From the human T2T-CHM13v2.0 reference genome, Homo sapiens, in the NCBI RefSeq assembly GCF_009914755.1, contig NC_060942.1: 64,000 nt of DNA; one strand, 5' to 3'. The position numbers and the translations under genes are program-made. Below, piece after piece: positions 28,241 through 46,739 of the stretch (its first letter is position 1; the number at the start of each line of letters is the position of its first letter). The notes below the pieces were generated by a model. The model worked only from the letters and a program-made list of their open reading frames with translations. It made no database searches and was not told the DNA's origin.

Positions 28241-29162
28241 TGTAATCTACAACCCTGTAAACTACAGCCCAGTTTCTTGATTTATACCTGTCTTTGGCAA
28301 ACTGTGAACAAATTTTGGACTTAGGGAGGGTAGTGTTTTGGTGGTACTGGCTGGAGTACCCCCAGCTTTGTGGACGTGCAGTGCCTGGCTCTGCAGCCAG
28401 GAGCTTGGCTGCAGTGGGGCTAGGAGTGCTATTCTCTGGATGGCTGACCTCCTCAGAGGCTCTAGCATGGAGGAAGAGAAAGGGTGGGCCTTTTTCCTCT
28501 GAGCCAGAGAGTTGCACTGCTTGTGCCTTCCTAAGCGCAGGCTGGGAAATGCGACTTATTATTCCTCATTAGAAGATCACTCTAATTTACAGGCCTTAGA
28601 ATGAAGTTATGTGCATGCTGCACTTTTGAACTCATTACTGAGTATATTAAATCATATCAAAATGCTGTTCCTGCAGCAGGTGTACTGGTGGCTCAGAGCT
28701 CAGACAGAGCCTTGGGTATGAAATGTCAGTCTGGCAACATTATTCCCTCTTCTTCTATTGTCATATTCCTCCCCAATTTGGAACATCTGTTCATATTTGT
28801 TTATTGAGCCCTTGGGGCTCACTTATCCAAAATCATGCTTAACTTCATGAAATTGCCATTTTAAGGATAGTTTTCTGCCACCCTGCTAAAGATGAATGAC
28901 ACATCATGAAAAAGAATGGGGGTGAGAGGAATCATGACATTTTAGCCCTTTTCTTTTGCTGCAGATGATTAGAGGACACAGACTGTACTCACAGAGGGAA
29001 AATCATCTTGGATGCTTGTGGGTTTTGGTGCTCCCTGTTGACGGGCTGGACTTTCAATGTAGTTTTAAACTCAGCTTCTGGTAAGAGGAAGCCAGGATTA
29101 GAAAATGACAATGACAACAAGGTTGGAGAGTGCTGCTGCTGGGGGGCGGGTGGTGCATAGAG

Positions 29163-29622
29163 TGTACTGGTCTGTTACAATTGCCATAACAGAGTCTTAT
29201 ATATTGGGTGGCTTCAACAACGGAAATGTATCATCTCCAGTTCTGGAGGCCAGAAGTTGGAGATCAAGGTGTCCGCAAAGTGAGTTCCTTCTGAGAGCTG
29301 TGAGGGAGAATCTGTTCCACACTTCTATCCTAGCTTCTGGTGGTTTGCTGGTAAGGAACATCTGTGGTGTTCCTGGCCTTGTAGTTGCTGCACCCCAATC
29401 TTTACTTCCATTTTCACATGGCATTCTCCCTGTGTGCGTATCTGTGTACAAATTTCCTCTTCTTATAAGGACACCAGTCACATTAGATTAGGGCCCATCC
29501 CAATGACATCATTTTAACTTGATCTGCAAAGACCTTTCTCCAAATAATGGCACATTCTGAGGTGCTGGGGTTAGAACTCCAACATTTCTATTTTTGGTAG
29601 GGTGACAAATTTAACACATAAT
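29163..29622 (-). mobile_element. MaLR LTR (MLT1B/C-like)
   Basis: ttgccataaca...cagttctggaggccagaag...ttataaggacaccagtcacattagattagggccc. Confidence 0.85.
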
Positions 29623-30517
29623 ATAAGGGTAGGGAAATGTAAAAGGAAATATTTTTTATAAGGGAAAAAATTGTAATGAGTGCCTACTCTCTGCCCATCA
29701 CTGGGCTGAGTGCTATAAATATTGGAATGAAGTTCCTTCTGCAGACTTTGTTGACATTATTTCTGATGTCCAGTAATGTTGTTCTTCTGTCTCTGTTCTT
29801 ACATGGTTTGAAAGCCAGCACAGACTTCCGTTCTCCCTCCTTCCTTCTTCCTCCTTCCCTGGAACTGCAGATTCTCCTCCAGTGGCCTCTGCCAGCCACC
29901 AGTGCATGAGCAATATTGGCCAGCAGTGTTTATATTCACTCAGCCGGGCAATTGGAGTTTATCAGCCATTATTGTTTTTTTTTTTTTTTTCCAAAATAAC
30001 TTCTCTAACAGCTGAAAAAACTCAACACAGAATATGTGGGGTTCACTTTTCTACCTCCCAGGGATAAATTGGCCATGATCCACAGTAAGCTTTCCCTGAA
30101 AAGGTTAGCATTTGCTGGGTAGCTCAACTTTGTGTACAAAGATAGGCTTAATAAAGGCTTTGCAAAGATTTGTTTGTTAATGTGTCCTCTAGGGATTTGT
30201 TGCCATTTATTTATTTATTAATAGAGTGACTTGTTTGCATAGGGCAAGATACATAACACGATATAGAATTTATAAGATAGTCTAATATCAAGTGCCGTGT
30301 ACAAATTCCTTCTGTAACACCTCTGCTAAGCCTATCTTGAATAATCCTTGGGATAGGCAGCTCACTACCTGAATAAGGAATTTATTTCCATAGGTAGGCA
30401 TATTAATTTCTAAAAGTAGAAAGTATTTTAAAAAATTGAACCAAAATCTACTTTGGAATTTATAATTTATCATGATAGAATGTCCACCCAATTGCCCTAA
30501 TTTTTCTAGGGGCACTT

Positions 30518-31345
30518 AAAAATTGAGATATCAAAAAATTCACCTTTTAAAAATATACAATTCAGTGGTTTTTAGTTTATTTGCAAAGTTGTGCAAGCAT
30601 TACCACTGTCTGTTTCATCTCCCTCAAAACACTGCACTCATTAGTAGTCACTCCTCATTCTCTCCTTCCTTCAACCTCTGAAAAACTACTTAACGCCTCT
30701 CTGTCTCTATGGATTTATCTATTCAGGACATTTCATATAAATGAATCATATCATATATGGCCTTTTGGGTCTAGTTTCTTTTACTTAGCATGGCATTTCA
30801 AGGCTCATCCATGTTGTAGCATGTAGCATTTAGCATGCTCTTCATTTCTTCGTTGCAGCATATACTACATTTCTTTTTATGGGTGAATAATATTCCATCG
30901 TATGGATATACATTGTTTATCCATTATCAAGTGATGAACAGTTGGGTCGTTTCCACTTTTTGGCTATTATAAATAATGTCGCTTTGAATATTTGTGTTAC
31001 ACAAGTTTTTGTGTGAATATATATTTTCAATTCTCTTGGGTATATACCTAGAAATGGAATCACTGGGTCACGTGATAACTCTGTTTAACTTTTTGAGGAA
31101 CTACCAAACTTTTTCCACAGCAGTGATGCCTTTTTACATCCCCATGAGCCATGTCTACGGGTTCTGATTTTTCCACATCCTTGCCAACACTTGCTATTGT
31201 TCACCCTTCTAATCATAGCTATTGTAGTGAATGTGAAATAGTTTCTCATTCTGGTTTTGATTTGCATTTCTCTAATGGCTAATAATGTCAAGCATTATTT
31301 TATGTGCTTATTGAACACTTGTAAATCTTTTTTGGAGAAATGCAA
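30518..31345 (-). mobile_element. Old L1 (L1M-type) 3' region
   Basis: Reverse L1 ORF2 end (IREMQIKT...KCWQGCG) and L1M 3'UTR motifs. Confidence 0.85.
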
Positions 31346-31977
31346 TCATTTAAAATTTTTATTTTGAAAAACATTTCCTCGTTTATTCATTGGGTAAACA
31401 TTTACTGAACACACATTTATGTGTCAGGCATGTACTACACACTAGGGACACAGACAGGCATGAAAGAAATTTCAGACTGAAAGGTGGAGTTGTCAGATAT
31501 CTATCTGCATGAGGACTTCAACCTAAAGACAGATTGTCAAGGCCCATGAGGCCTCTTGTGAGAAAGGCCATTCTGAAAGCAAGAGGATGTCTACAACTCA
31601 TTTGATTTCTGGTTAATTCTCCATGGATTTGGGTCCTCACTCAGAGGACAGGGAACCATAAAAAATGCTTAGAATCATTTAACCAAAATTTCAGGGATGA
31701 GCCTACAGAAATACTGTCTCTGTAAAGCAAATGGCAATGAAGAGTTAAGTTCTCTTTATGTTTGGAGCTCATTGAACAAAGTCCGGAACAAATGCTGAGG
31801 CTTGAGCAGAAGGCCAGGCCAGCGGAAAGCTATAACTGGCCTGACTCATGGGTGAGGGCATGGGAATTGGCTCCTTTGGTGGATTCTAGAGGATTCTACA
31901 GGTAATTTGTGTGGTAGCTTCATTGAACAGTGCTGGTGCTGTTCACTGAAACTACCACACAGATCACCTGTAGAAAG

Positions 31978-32079
31978 GATCCAGATTCTTTTCTTCTTTC
32001 TACTCTGTGGACTTCAGAGGCTTAGTTTCATGTTTGTGGCCTCGTGGTTTCAAGATGGCTGCCACAGCTCCAAGCATCA
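31978..32079 (+). repeat. Dispersed direct copy of 34198-34299
   Basis: Gapless 100-bp alignment (31981-32080 vs 34201-34300) with 13 mismatches. Confidence 0.85.
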
Positions 32080-32289
32080 TGAAGGGACTTATAAGCCACA
32101 GAAAGTATTACTCCTTGAGCTGCGGCAGGATCACAAAAGAAGGAAAATGGTGGATAGCACGAGGTGACCAAGAAGACTAGCTGAGCATCCTGAGGGGACT
32201 CCTGAGCTAGGAAAAATTTGAAGGAATATGGAGGATTCTGAAGAGAGTATATGAACAGAGGTAGAGAAATACTAGTTTTGATTGATAAT

Positions 32290-33650
<1,361 letters not shown>

Positions 33651-34079
33651 GTGGCAAAGTGGGCAGAACATTTTGTTTTCTTGTCTATACTGCATTAAAA
33701 ACCTTCAGATGTTTGAATTAGCCGTCATAATTCTTTTTGTCTTTTATTACACAGTATAAAAATAATTCATCCATTCCCTTCAGATATGTCTATATTTATG
33801 TTCTTCCTCATTTTAGTTGCTACTGGCACTTGACTTTTCCATGTGCCTCCTAAAATGTAAGACCCTGACCTGAGAAAAACCTACCAAATAGGGTTGGGTC
33901 AAGGGACAACAGAGTGGGACTACTATTCTCCATGGTACCTCAGTGATATATTATTTATGTGCTACATAAATTTGTAGGCCAAGAATTTTTCTCCCGTTTT
34001 AGAAGCCTCGCCAAAGTTTTCTGGCCAACTGCAATGCCTGAGGTCATTTCCTCATTCCTTTAGAGTTGAGAAGCAGAGC

Positions 34080-34596
34080 AGTCAGGATGTCCTCAGCTAA
34101 CAGTGACTCAAACCATAAGGATATTTATTGTCTATTTAATAAGAAGTCTGGAGAAATGCAATTTCAGGCTTGTTTGGTGAATAAATGATGTCATCAAGAT
34201 CCAGGTTCTTTTCTTCTTTCTATTCTGTTGTCCTCAGAGAATGAGTTTCATGTTTGTGGTCTCATGGTTTCAAGATGGCTGCCACAGCCCCAATCATCAG
34301 GCTCCAACACAAAAGTATCTGCAGCAGAAATGAAGGGAGTAGGGGCAAAAAGAACCTCCTTTTTGCATACCGTTCTTCTTTCAGGGATGAAAATCTTTCC
34401 CAGAAGGGCCCAGAAGACTTTTCTTTGTCTCATTGGCCAATCACTGGGCCAAATGGGTTGGGATTGCTATGGTTGGCCTAGACCAATGAAGAGTCATTGC
34501 CTGGAAGATGAAACACTATTGCCTAAACAAAATCATTGTTTTATTACCAAGGAAAGAGGTTATGACTGTGTAATAGGTAATCAGTGTCTTCCCACA
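34080..34596 (-). mobile_element. Ancient ERVL-MaLR-type LTR (MLT1-like)
   Basis: gatatttattgtc...aagaagtctggag...caagatggctgccacagc...ctcattggccaatcactggg...cccaca. Confidence 0.6.
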
Positions 34597-35510
34597 GGAA
34601 ACCAAAGAAATGTCTGATTAAATACATAAACAGCATGGATGAGTTTGAGTTTAGAGTGGTCTTAAATCTCTATATCTGTCAATTAATCAATCTACATCTA
34701 TCTATCTCTTTATCTCTCTATCTATCGACCTGCTTTCTAGTTCCTCTAGCTTAAGTCCATATAAATCTATTATCATCTAACTTACATTTAATCATCTTAT
34801 CCAGAAACATTAGAGAGAATTTGTCAAACACTTTTATTAAAAAAGAAGATGAGAATAATTTGTTGTTATATTATTAGGTGACCTAGCAGGGGTTTTGGGA
34901 ATCACCACACATTATTTTCTATATATCTACTATTTCATAAACTAGCCTAAATTTTTTTGGTTGTTTCTGAGATCCATCCTTTCCCCCTTTCTGGTAAATC
35001 AGGAAAGTGGTCACTGAAAAAAAAATTATTCCCCAAAAGATAGCTTCACTGGTTCAGAGATAAAACCTGGACGTTCTTTCATCCTCTTCGGGTGGAATTT
35101 TGTTTGGTCCTCAAGGATTGGACTCATTTAATATGACCTGATTCTATTTTACTTTCATGTTTACTTCGAGATGGGTTGTTTGATCATCCCCCACCTTGTC
35201 CCAGCTAGACTCTCTCTATCTCTTCCTCTCTTTCCCCCAACACACACCTACATACAAAGTAAGAATTGTGTGCAGTAGCTCTTGATGTTGCCTGTTAATA
35301 TTTACCATTCCTTTCTAAGTGATAGACCTATCTTCGCCTTGTTCTTCTGGCTTCAGAAGAACATTTTTTTCTAGCCTTGGTGCACTTTCCATGAATGTGC
35401 CTTTCTTCCTGATTGCCATGATCTGTCACATGGAAAGAAGGCTCAAAAGGGTTAAAATGGGTAGATTTCCTAACCAGGGGATGGCAGCATGTGAGTCAAA
35501 AGACTTCCTG

Positions 35511-35792
35511 GGCCGGGCGCCGTGGCTCATGCCTATCATACCAGCACTTTGGGAGGCTGAGGCAGGAGGATTGCTTGAGGCCAGGAGTTTGAGACCAGCC
35601 TGACCAATATGGCGAAACCGCATCTCTACAAAAAATGCAAAAATTAGCCAGGCATGGTGGCGGGAGGCTGAGGCATGAGGTTCACTTGAACCCAGGCGGG
35701 AGGTCGAAGTTGCAGTGAGCCAAGATCACCCCACTGCACTCCAGCCTGGGTGACAGAAACAAGACTCCGTTAAAAAAAAAAAAATAAAAAAA
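35511..35792 (+). mobile_element. AluJ with ~23-bp internal deletion in the right arm
   Basis: TSD AAAAGACTTCCTG at 35498-35510 and 35793-35805; ggtggcg|ggaggctgag junction. Confidence 0.93.
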
Positions 35793-36151
35793 AAAAGACT
35801 TCCTGACCCTGCTAGGTACAATTCCTTGTTTGAAATATTTCCTTTGATGTCCATGTAAAAACCATTGTTAAGTCTGTGTAATTTAAAATAATAATTACAA
35901 TCACATTCTAAAGTTTTGTGTAATTCAAACTTCTATTCATGCTGAGTTAAAGAAATGACATCATCATGCTTATTTTTATTTTGAAACACCTGATGTTTTT
36001 CCTTAAAATGGTAACTTTCTAGACATCAGATTCAGGATAGTGTTTACCTCTGGATGGGGGTAGGGGTGGAGGTGGGGGTGAGGGAGAAGGGTATAAGGAG
36101 CTCTCCAGCTGTATAGGTAATGTTTTGTTTCTTAAGAAAGATGGCAGCTTA

Positions 36152-36740
<589 letters not shown>

Positions 36741-38734
36741 TTTTAAATTTAAATTTTAAGATAACCTAAAAAACCTAAAATAAAAGTTAAATAAGGGTTC
36801 TTTTTAGATCTAAAGAAAGAGCCCTTAGATTGGATTTGCCAGATTTGTCTATTTTATTGGTTATCTCAAATAAACAACCCTTGGAATAAAAAAAAGACGT
36901 GCCAGCTTAATGTTAATTGTGCTAGACTTTATAACTTTTTATGTCTATTTAATATTGCATAATTTAGCATGGGTATTTCTATACGGATCCAAACTTTGAA
37001 AAATAAATGGAATAAATTGGCTGAGCAATCTTATTTATTTTATTTTAAAAAAAAGTTTTAATAAAGAAATCCTGAAAGATTCCTGCATTTTAAATTCACC
37101 TATTTATTCAACAAACACTGAGCACTTATTGCGCTATGTGATGGAGCTATAAAGAGCGTTAATATGTGGCTCCAGGCCCCAGCAGATCTCCCCTTACAGT
37201 AGGGTAAACAAACACATAAACATATGTATAAGCTATATAATACTATGACCAGTGATACAACAGTTATTTAAAAATGGGCTGTGATCGTTAAAGTTGCATG
37301 TGAGTCACACGTGCAGCTAAGTATGCTAGGGCAGTCACAGACGGCTTCACAAAAAGAGTCTCTAAGCCTCCCTTTTCCTTAATTATTTCAAAAGCATGCT
37401 TCCAGGGAGCCTCCCTCTGTATTGGGAGCTTATGGGAACTATTTATTCTGAGGCCCCAAGGGCTGATGGAAAGAGGAGATCTTAAATAGCACAGGTGGCT
37501 CGTCTTGTTTTCCTGCTGACTGTGTGCTACGGAGGCTTTTTTTTTCTTTTGTTTTTTTTAGATGCATCCTTTTGTAAATTTCTCTCTTATCCAAGACTGA
37601 TGGATGCTTTACCTTAAGGAGGAGGCCTTTATTCAAGTCACATTGGTAGACTGAGAGGACAGTAGCTGTTGACCTGGGTCATGTGAAGAGGGAATATTGG
37701 CTTCAGTGACTGATTTCTGCCTTGCCTCGTTTCTATGTTTTCTCCTTTATTTCAGAAATACAGAGAAGGGGTAGAGGATGGAGGAAAGGGAAAATCAGTT
37801 CAGGGGTTCAGTTACACTCGTCACGCAATTTGGACATGACTTGCCTCCAAAACATTGTCTGAGCAGTTTCACTGGAGGAGGTAACACTTGGGGGTTTTAT
37901 AAATTGAATTTGGTGCTGATGAAAGACCTGGCTTAGAATCTTGGTGTTAGGTTTGTTCCTCAGAGGCAGAGCTGCCCAAAGGGCAGCAGTGAAAGGATAA
38001 GTTAAATGAGAAGAGTGCCCTGGGCCTGAGGTCCCAAGGACCTAATGAATGTCTTATGCATCTTGATAGTTGGGGATTGCATTTACAAAATTCACTTACA
38101 AGAAGGTAGGGATAGGCACAGGAGCTGATCACAGGCTGAATAAAAAAAAAAAATCACTCTTGCTTCCCCAACATTATTTGTGTGTTTCCTTTAATTTTCA
38201 TTAGACTGTTGTACTTGTCTGCCTTCCTACCACCAGCAACATTACTCATTCCTTTCTCAGCAATTGCCAGGTTAGAGAGCAGTTTGGGGACCTCATTAAA
38301 TCTTCAAGATTTAATAATTTGAGATGCTTGACTAGAATAGTCTTGGAAAAGTGAAGCTGATGGTAATTCAAAACTTTTCCACTGCATAATACTCAGGGCT
38401 GATATCTCATTCCTGGAGAGTATTACAAATATTCCTTAGCTTCTGTTTTTCTTGACCCACTAATAATTTTCCCAAGAAGATCTATCAAGATTGTTCATTG
38501 TAATTGACATTGTGTAACTGCCATGGAAACAACAAGTGATCATTCTTAACAATTTTAATTTGATAAGTAGACACCATTTCTCCTTTAAAATTGCTGAAAT
38601 TTTAGAAGTCCCAAATAATACCTTCACAGTTAAAGAGAAATAAAATTTAAGATGCAAATATGTAGGCATTTCAGCAAAAGGAATCATGAGAAAAAAATGC
38701 CTCATTATTTTCCCCTGCTTCTATGTATCTATCC

Positions 38735-40115
<1,381 letters not shown>

Positions 40116-41913
40116 TTTGGTGAGATATGGGCTGGGGTGGATGAACTAGCTAATGCAATTTAGCTCAACATGGTCACATGGAAGTTTATACAATTTTAGC
40201 ATTGGATGGAAACTTAGAAGTTACCTTTAAAGTTTTGCTTCAATAATAAAATAATTTTTGTTATTTCCAGTATAACACACTCATTATTAAAATTTTTTGG
40301 AAAGTCTAGCCCTCTCTTGTCTTTCCTTGTTTTTGTAAACAGATGAGAAAACATAGAACTCATGAGATGAAAGTGGCTCTTCTTTAGCAGCAGAGCTGGG
40401 ATAACAATCCTAAATGCCCTAAATCCTAAAATAACTAAAATTATAGTTATTTTATATTATGGTTATAAGTTGTTTTTAAGCTAGGAGTTTTTTTGACATG
40501 GAGGAATAAGATCTTGGATAACAGAGAACCTTTCTATTACTATTATTTTAATTATGAACAGGACCATTTCTTAACAAAGGGTCATTAACAGCAGGACAGT
40601 GTAGGCCCTGGGTGACATAAATAGTATAGCACAGAAAGTCATCCTTTTATCTTCCCCTCTCTTCTCCTCTAAAGTTACCTAATTTCCCTAATACCATTCT
40701 GATATGGAGAGGGCCAGGTCATACTTGGAGATTTCTGTTATTTCGGACAAATTTGTAGTTTCATAGCTAATTGAATTACTTATATGCATTCATGTACTTC
40801 TACAGTTGGAAAAGAGCATTGTTTTCTATCTTAGTGCCATGTCAGGGAAACAAGAGTTAAAGACAATAGTTTCCTTGCTCTTCCCTAGAAATGAAAGGGT
40901 TCCAGAGCACCTAAATGAGCTGCTGACTAGCCTAAGTAATAGGAGCATACCTGGCAGGAAAGAATGAATTGAGAAGATAGACAAGAGTTCTTCTGTGCTT
41001 TTTGTTGTCCTGGGACAGCCAAGGTGGGAGCTCTTAGAGCAAGGAATTTCCAGAAATCACAAGCAATGATCTGACCTCAAGCCATGGAAAAGGCTAGCTC
41101 ACTGGAAGTGTAATTAATCTTTCTGGCAGTTTCTTGCTTTCAAAACAAGAATGAATCAGGGATTTTATCTGAGGTTAGTAGTGAGTCATTTTTAAAGAAA
41201 AAATCTAATCAAACTCTGGACATCTGGGGCCACCTTGGAAGATGGGATTCTGACCTCTTATAGTAAGTTGTTTCTCATCAATATTCCTATCTGACGAGAA
41301 GAAACTATGATCAGTTCAATTATATTTTTGCTTATCTATTAATAGATAATGATGCATGCAATTTAGATGGTAAATGAATTGGCATTTATCAAGTACCATT
41401 CCAGGGAGAGAACTTATCTGACAGACACAAGTATCTCTGGTGCCTGTATTTTGGTGCATATCATAGGTTGGGTTCCCTGTGAAGCAGACACTGAGATGAA
41501 GATGAACATTCAGGGTTCATTAGGAGTGCCCTTGTAACCAACATCTGTAGAAGGAAGGCAGGATCCTTGGACGGTGGGTGAGATAGAGCCATGAGACACA
41601 GTTTCAACAGAGGTCTCAGCCAACTCTCTGGGGAGACCTAAAGCTGTCATGACCCTTTGAAGTTGTCCTGAGTTGGGCCAGAGCCCAGGCCATTGTACTC
41701 CCATGTCAATCAGTCATTGAATGCTGGCCATGATAGGACGGGGGTGTGACCTTAGGTGAGGCAGTTCTCTTCAGCCAAGGTAGTCCACATCAGGGCCTGG
41801 TAGCTGAGAGCTTCTGCCTTCAGAACTCTCAGAAGGTGAGAGTGAGTCCTTTGTTCCTGATGGAGGATTGGGCAGCATATCACGGTGGCCAACACAGTCC
41901 ACTCCTTGGGCCA

Positions 41914-42636
<723 letters not shown>

Positions 42637-44547
42637 GGCTATTTTGATCCACTTCTTTGTATAAGTTCTAGAAGCAGACACTCTTAAGATTCCAGGGGAC
42701 CTCTTTCTCTCTCTTGCACATTTAGAAGAAAAAGGTAATTGGAAAAACTATAGTCCCTGCATTTGTGGCTGGTCTTGGGGCACAACTGACACTCACACTC
42801 ACTCTTCTCTCCTCTTCATTCTAGATTTACATCACCCTTAGTTAACACCTCAGCTGATCTCAAAGGCTGACTTGTTGGTGTGACCCAGACCTTCTTTCCT
42901 GAAGGATCTAAGCCCTTGGTCATCATGTCTTCCTCTGGCTGAGATTCCTGCACTTTTCCATTTACCATCAAAATAGGGCCAAGGAGGAACCAAGCAGCAC
43001 CCAAGTGGATCATCCAAGTGTCAAACATATTCCTTCCTCCTTGTGGTATAATAGCAGCCCTACATCCTCCTAATAATCGGCCAATTGCCCCTGCTAAGAT
43101 GATGGTGCTTTTTTGTGCCTGCTGGTCCCTTGGTGTGAGAAGCCTGAAGTGCCCAGGTTGAAGCTGTAGCTTATCATTCAATGAGACTTTTGCTGTGTCC
43201 CCTGGAGAAAGCATTTCCTCTTTGGGTACCAGGATCTTTAAAACCGCAGAGCCCCAAGTTGTGGGGGCAGGAACCGCAAAAAGCCCCAAGTGGGACCCTT
43301 GGAACAATGATACTTGGGACTCCTGTTTCTACTCCTCGGTTCTCGGACCCATATATTTTCCCTACTGGGGACATAGTAGGTTGACTATATACCTATAAAC
43401 ATTACTTATTTAAAATGTACACTGCACCCTGGAGGATAGCCCCCTAACCTTGCAAGGTAGTATTTGTGAGTTGGCAATTCCACTGTTCTTTCAACAGGCT
43501 GTTCCATCATTTCATCAGCCTGTCAACTTCTAGGTGTTACAGCATTTTATATGAAAAGTAGATTTTATGGTTGTTGCCCTCTCCTATAGCTCCTTTGCTG
43601 TAATATGCATACCTTAGTTGGATGGAATATTATGTGGGCTACTTTGCCAGTCCATCAAATACTCAGTAAGCCTTTGGATAGTAGTGCTGGCTGGGGCCCT
43701 GTGGTAGGAAAGGCAAACCCCAAACTCAGCATAGATATCTATTCCTATGAGAATGAGTAATTGCTCTTTCTATGGAGGGAGGGGTCCCATGTAGTCAGCT
43801 TATCACCATTGGGTGGTTGGCCCCTTAATGGATGGTGCCAGACTGGGGACTCAGCATTGGCTTCTGCTGTTGGCAGGTTAGACATTCAGCAGTTGCAGCA
43901 GCTAGATCACCCTTGGTAAGTGAAAATTCATTCTGTTGAGCTCACACATAGCCTCCATCCCTGCCATCATGGTCACTCTTCATGTGTCCATAGTGTCTGC
44001 CATGGGTGGCTATTGACAGAGGCTGGCTGAGTCATTCTGTCTATTTGGTTATTTAGTGCCTCCTCTGCGGTGAATTACCTCTGATGGGCATAGACATGTG
44101 ATGTAAAGACCTTCATACTTTGTCCTATCCTATATATCCATCCACATGTCTCTACCTAGACCTCCCGATCTTCCATTATTTCTTCTTCCGGGCTCCGGAC
44201 CAATCAGACAAGCCATTCACTATTGCCCATGAGTCCATGCATAGTCTATCCTTGGGACACTTCTCTTCTTACAAAGTAGCTGACCATGTCCACCACCCAA
44301 AGCTCTGCTTGTGGAAGGATCTTCCCTTGCCACTGTGTTTTAAGGCAATTCCCGAGCAAGTTGTAGTGCAGCCATCATCCAGTTTTGTCTTTCAGCCATA
44401 TATTGAACTCACCCATTTATGAACCAAGCTCAGGCTTTTTCTTCTCCTATCAGCTGGTCAAAAGAAATTACACATGTGAGCACAGGTGTGTGCTGAGGGA
44501 CAGACTGGTGCAACAGTGGTGGATGACCTGTGGTCTGGTCTACCTGC

Positions 44548-44734
44548 TTGTACAGCACGGTTGTGCTCTGTGGTGAAACTGTGTTTAATCCTACAGTACC
44601 ATTTTCATGTTACACTGAATTACTGCTGGACCTGTCGTACTGCTGTTGTACAGCATGGTCGTGCTCTGTGGTGAAACTGTGTTTAATCCTACAAGTACCA
44701 TTTCATGTTACAGTGAATTACTGCTGGACCTGTC
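44548..44734. repeat. Tandem duplication (~89-bp unit, 9-bp filler) within ERV-L pol
   Basis: 44548-44636 vs 44646-44734 near-identical. Confidence 0.93.
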
Positions 44735-46739
44735 CAACCTATGACTTGATGATTCATACATATCCAGGTCACAAGGGGGCAGTTCTGACTGCATGATCAC
44801 TTGGTGTCCCATGGCACTCCATCTCCACCAGTGCTCAGTAACATGCTAACAATAATTTCCCAAAAGGTGCATGATTAATTCTGTGACAGGTAGCATGCCC
44901 CAGAGCCCTGTGGATCTGCATTATGATTCTTCCACTGATACTGGCCATAAAATGCACGTGGCATTTTTGCTGACCACTGAGGCATCTATTACCATAGGGT
45001 CTGCTGGAATATATGGCCCAAAAGACAGATTGCTTGACCTCCAGCCTGGACTTTCTGTATATCCCTTTCCTGCTCCAATCCCAACGAAAAGCTGACAACT
45101 CTTCCTGCTCTGGACCTTCACTAAAAGCTGGAAACTTGGTAGATGTGTTGAAGCAATATTCCCAGGTATGGAATATGCTGCCCTCAGAATCCAGAGAAGC
45201 TGATCAGGCCTGAGGCACTTCTTCTTTATGGGGGGAGATGCAAGTTATCTTATTTGTCCTTTACTTTGGAGATGACGTCCTCGTCTGCCCCAGTCCATTA
45301 AACATCGAAAATTTTTACTGATATGTTGGGGTCCTGAGTCATTGGAAGGCATATTTCCTACACTTGAGAGTTCATGTGTCTTACCACGGCCTCCGGTGTA
45401 CCTGCTGTATCTTGTTATCTGCCCTGGTTTGAACAGTGTTATCAATAGAGTGGGTCAGTGCTGTGCTATCTCAGAAGTCCAGTCAGTCCAGGATTGTTAG
45501 CTTATGCTATGGCAGAGGGGAGGGTGGGAGAATTAACATAATTCTGGAGCACGGCTGTAAGTTTTTGCTGTTGTTCATTTCAGGTGAATGCAGACTCTTT
45601 CTGATCTTCTTTTCTAGTAGGGATGGAAAAAATGCCAGATTAATGGCCACATCCTTATGTGCCTGAAGCTGCTCTAGCAAAGATTTCACTTGTGGCACAG
45701 TAGCTGCAATTGAGGCTATTACTTGGATGAATTTATGGTAATCCATGTAATTTTTTGGGATACTTGTAGTTTTTGCAGAAACTAGAATGGTCAATTAAAT
45801 GCATAGATGATGAAGTGGTAATCCTCATCACCCTTCGTCTTTCAGTTCTTTCAGTATGGCATGAATCTCTGCCATTATCCCGAGGAGACAGTGTTATTTT
45901 TGATTGTCTGTCTTGGTGGTAGTGGGGGCTTGCAGTTTCAGAGGTAACCTCTTGGCCTTCCACACTGCCCTAAGTCTCATTCCACAGGCCAAGGAGCAAA
46001 TGTAGGGGTTCTGCCGACTAGCAAGGGTGTCTGTTGCAGTGATGCATCTGTGGACCAGGAAAATGACACCAGGTGGGTCAGTGAACCAACTGTGCTCACC
46101 ATGAACTGGACCTGGGTCAGGGCTCCATTTATCACTGGCTCCTATGGGGGGGCGGTCATGATGATACCTCAGTTTTCTGGATTTCTGTGTCAACCTCATA
46201 GGATGTTGCAGGAAGGCGGTGTGTGCCTTAGGTGAATCACTTTCTTCAGCTAACGCAAATCCCTGTAGAGACTACCAGCTGAGGGCATCCTCTTTGCAGC
46301 AACCCTACGAGTGGGCAAGTAAGTTCATCATTCTTGAAGGGGGACTTGGACAGTGCATCACAGTGTTCCCACTACATCCGCTCACCCTCCATCCCCACCA
46401 TCAATATTCTCCTGTATTCTGCTAGGGGTGTATGCAGAGTAGTTAGTGAGGCTTAGCTTTGGAGCCCCTCACTTGCATGGGCCCCTTCCCAGACTTTGAA
46501 CCTAATGTTGTATACTTTTTCTTGAAAAGAGCCCCCCAAATGTCGATGCTTCACAAAACTCAATTCTTCCCCTGATTCTGCTTTATTTCCTTTCAGTTTG
46601 AGAAGAGGAAGATAAAGGAAATTGACATTCGAGTGCTTACCCTGTTCCAAGCACCAGGCTTGGTGTTTTGCATGTATTGTATCGTTTAAGTTTGAGGATG
46701 TTATTTGGATTTCTCCAGAGTTCACAATCTTTGACTTCT

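Noticed and set aside
36052-36091. G-quadruplex-capable G-run cluster
   Set aside because: Lies in an old L1M-type 3'UTR relic where such tracts are common; no further evidence.
44548-44734. Repeat-spacer-like pattern (CRISPR-like)
   Set aside because: Only two long units in a eukaryotic ERV; a simple tandem duplication.
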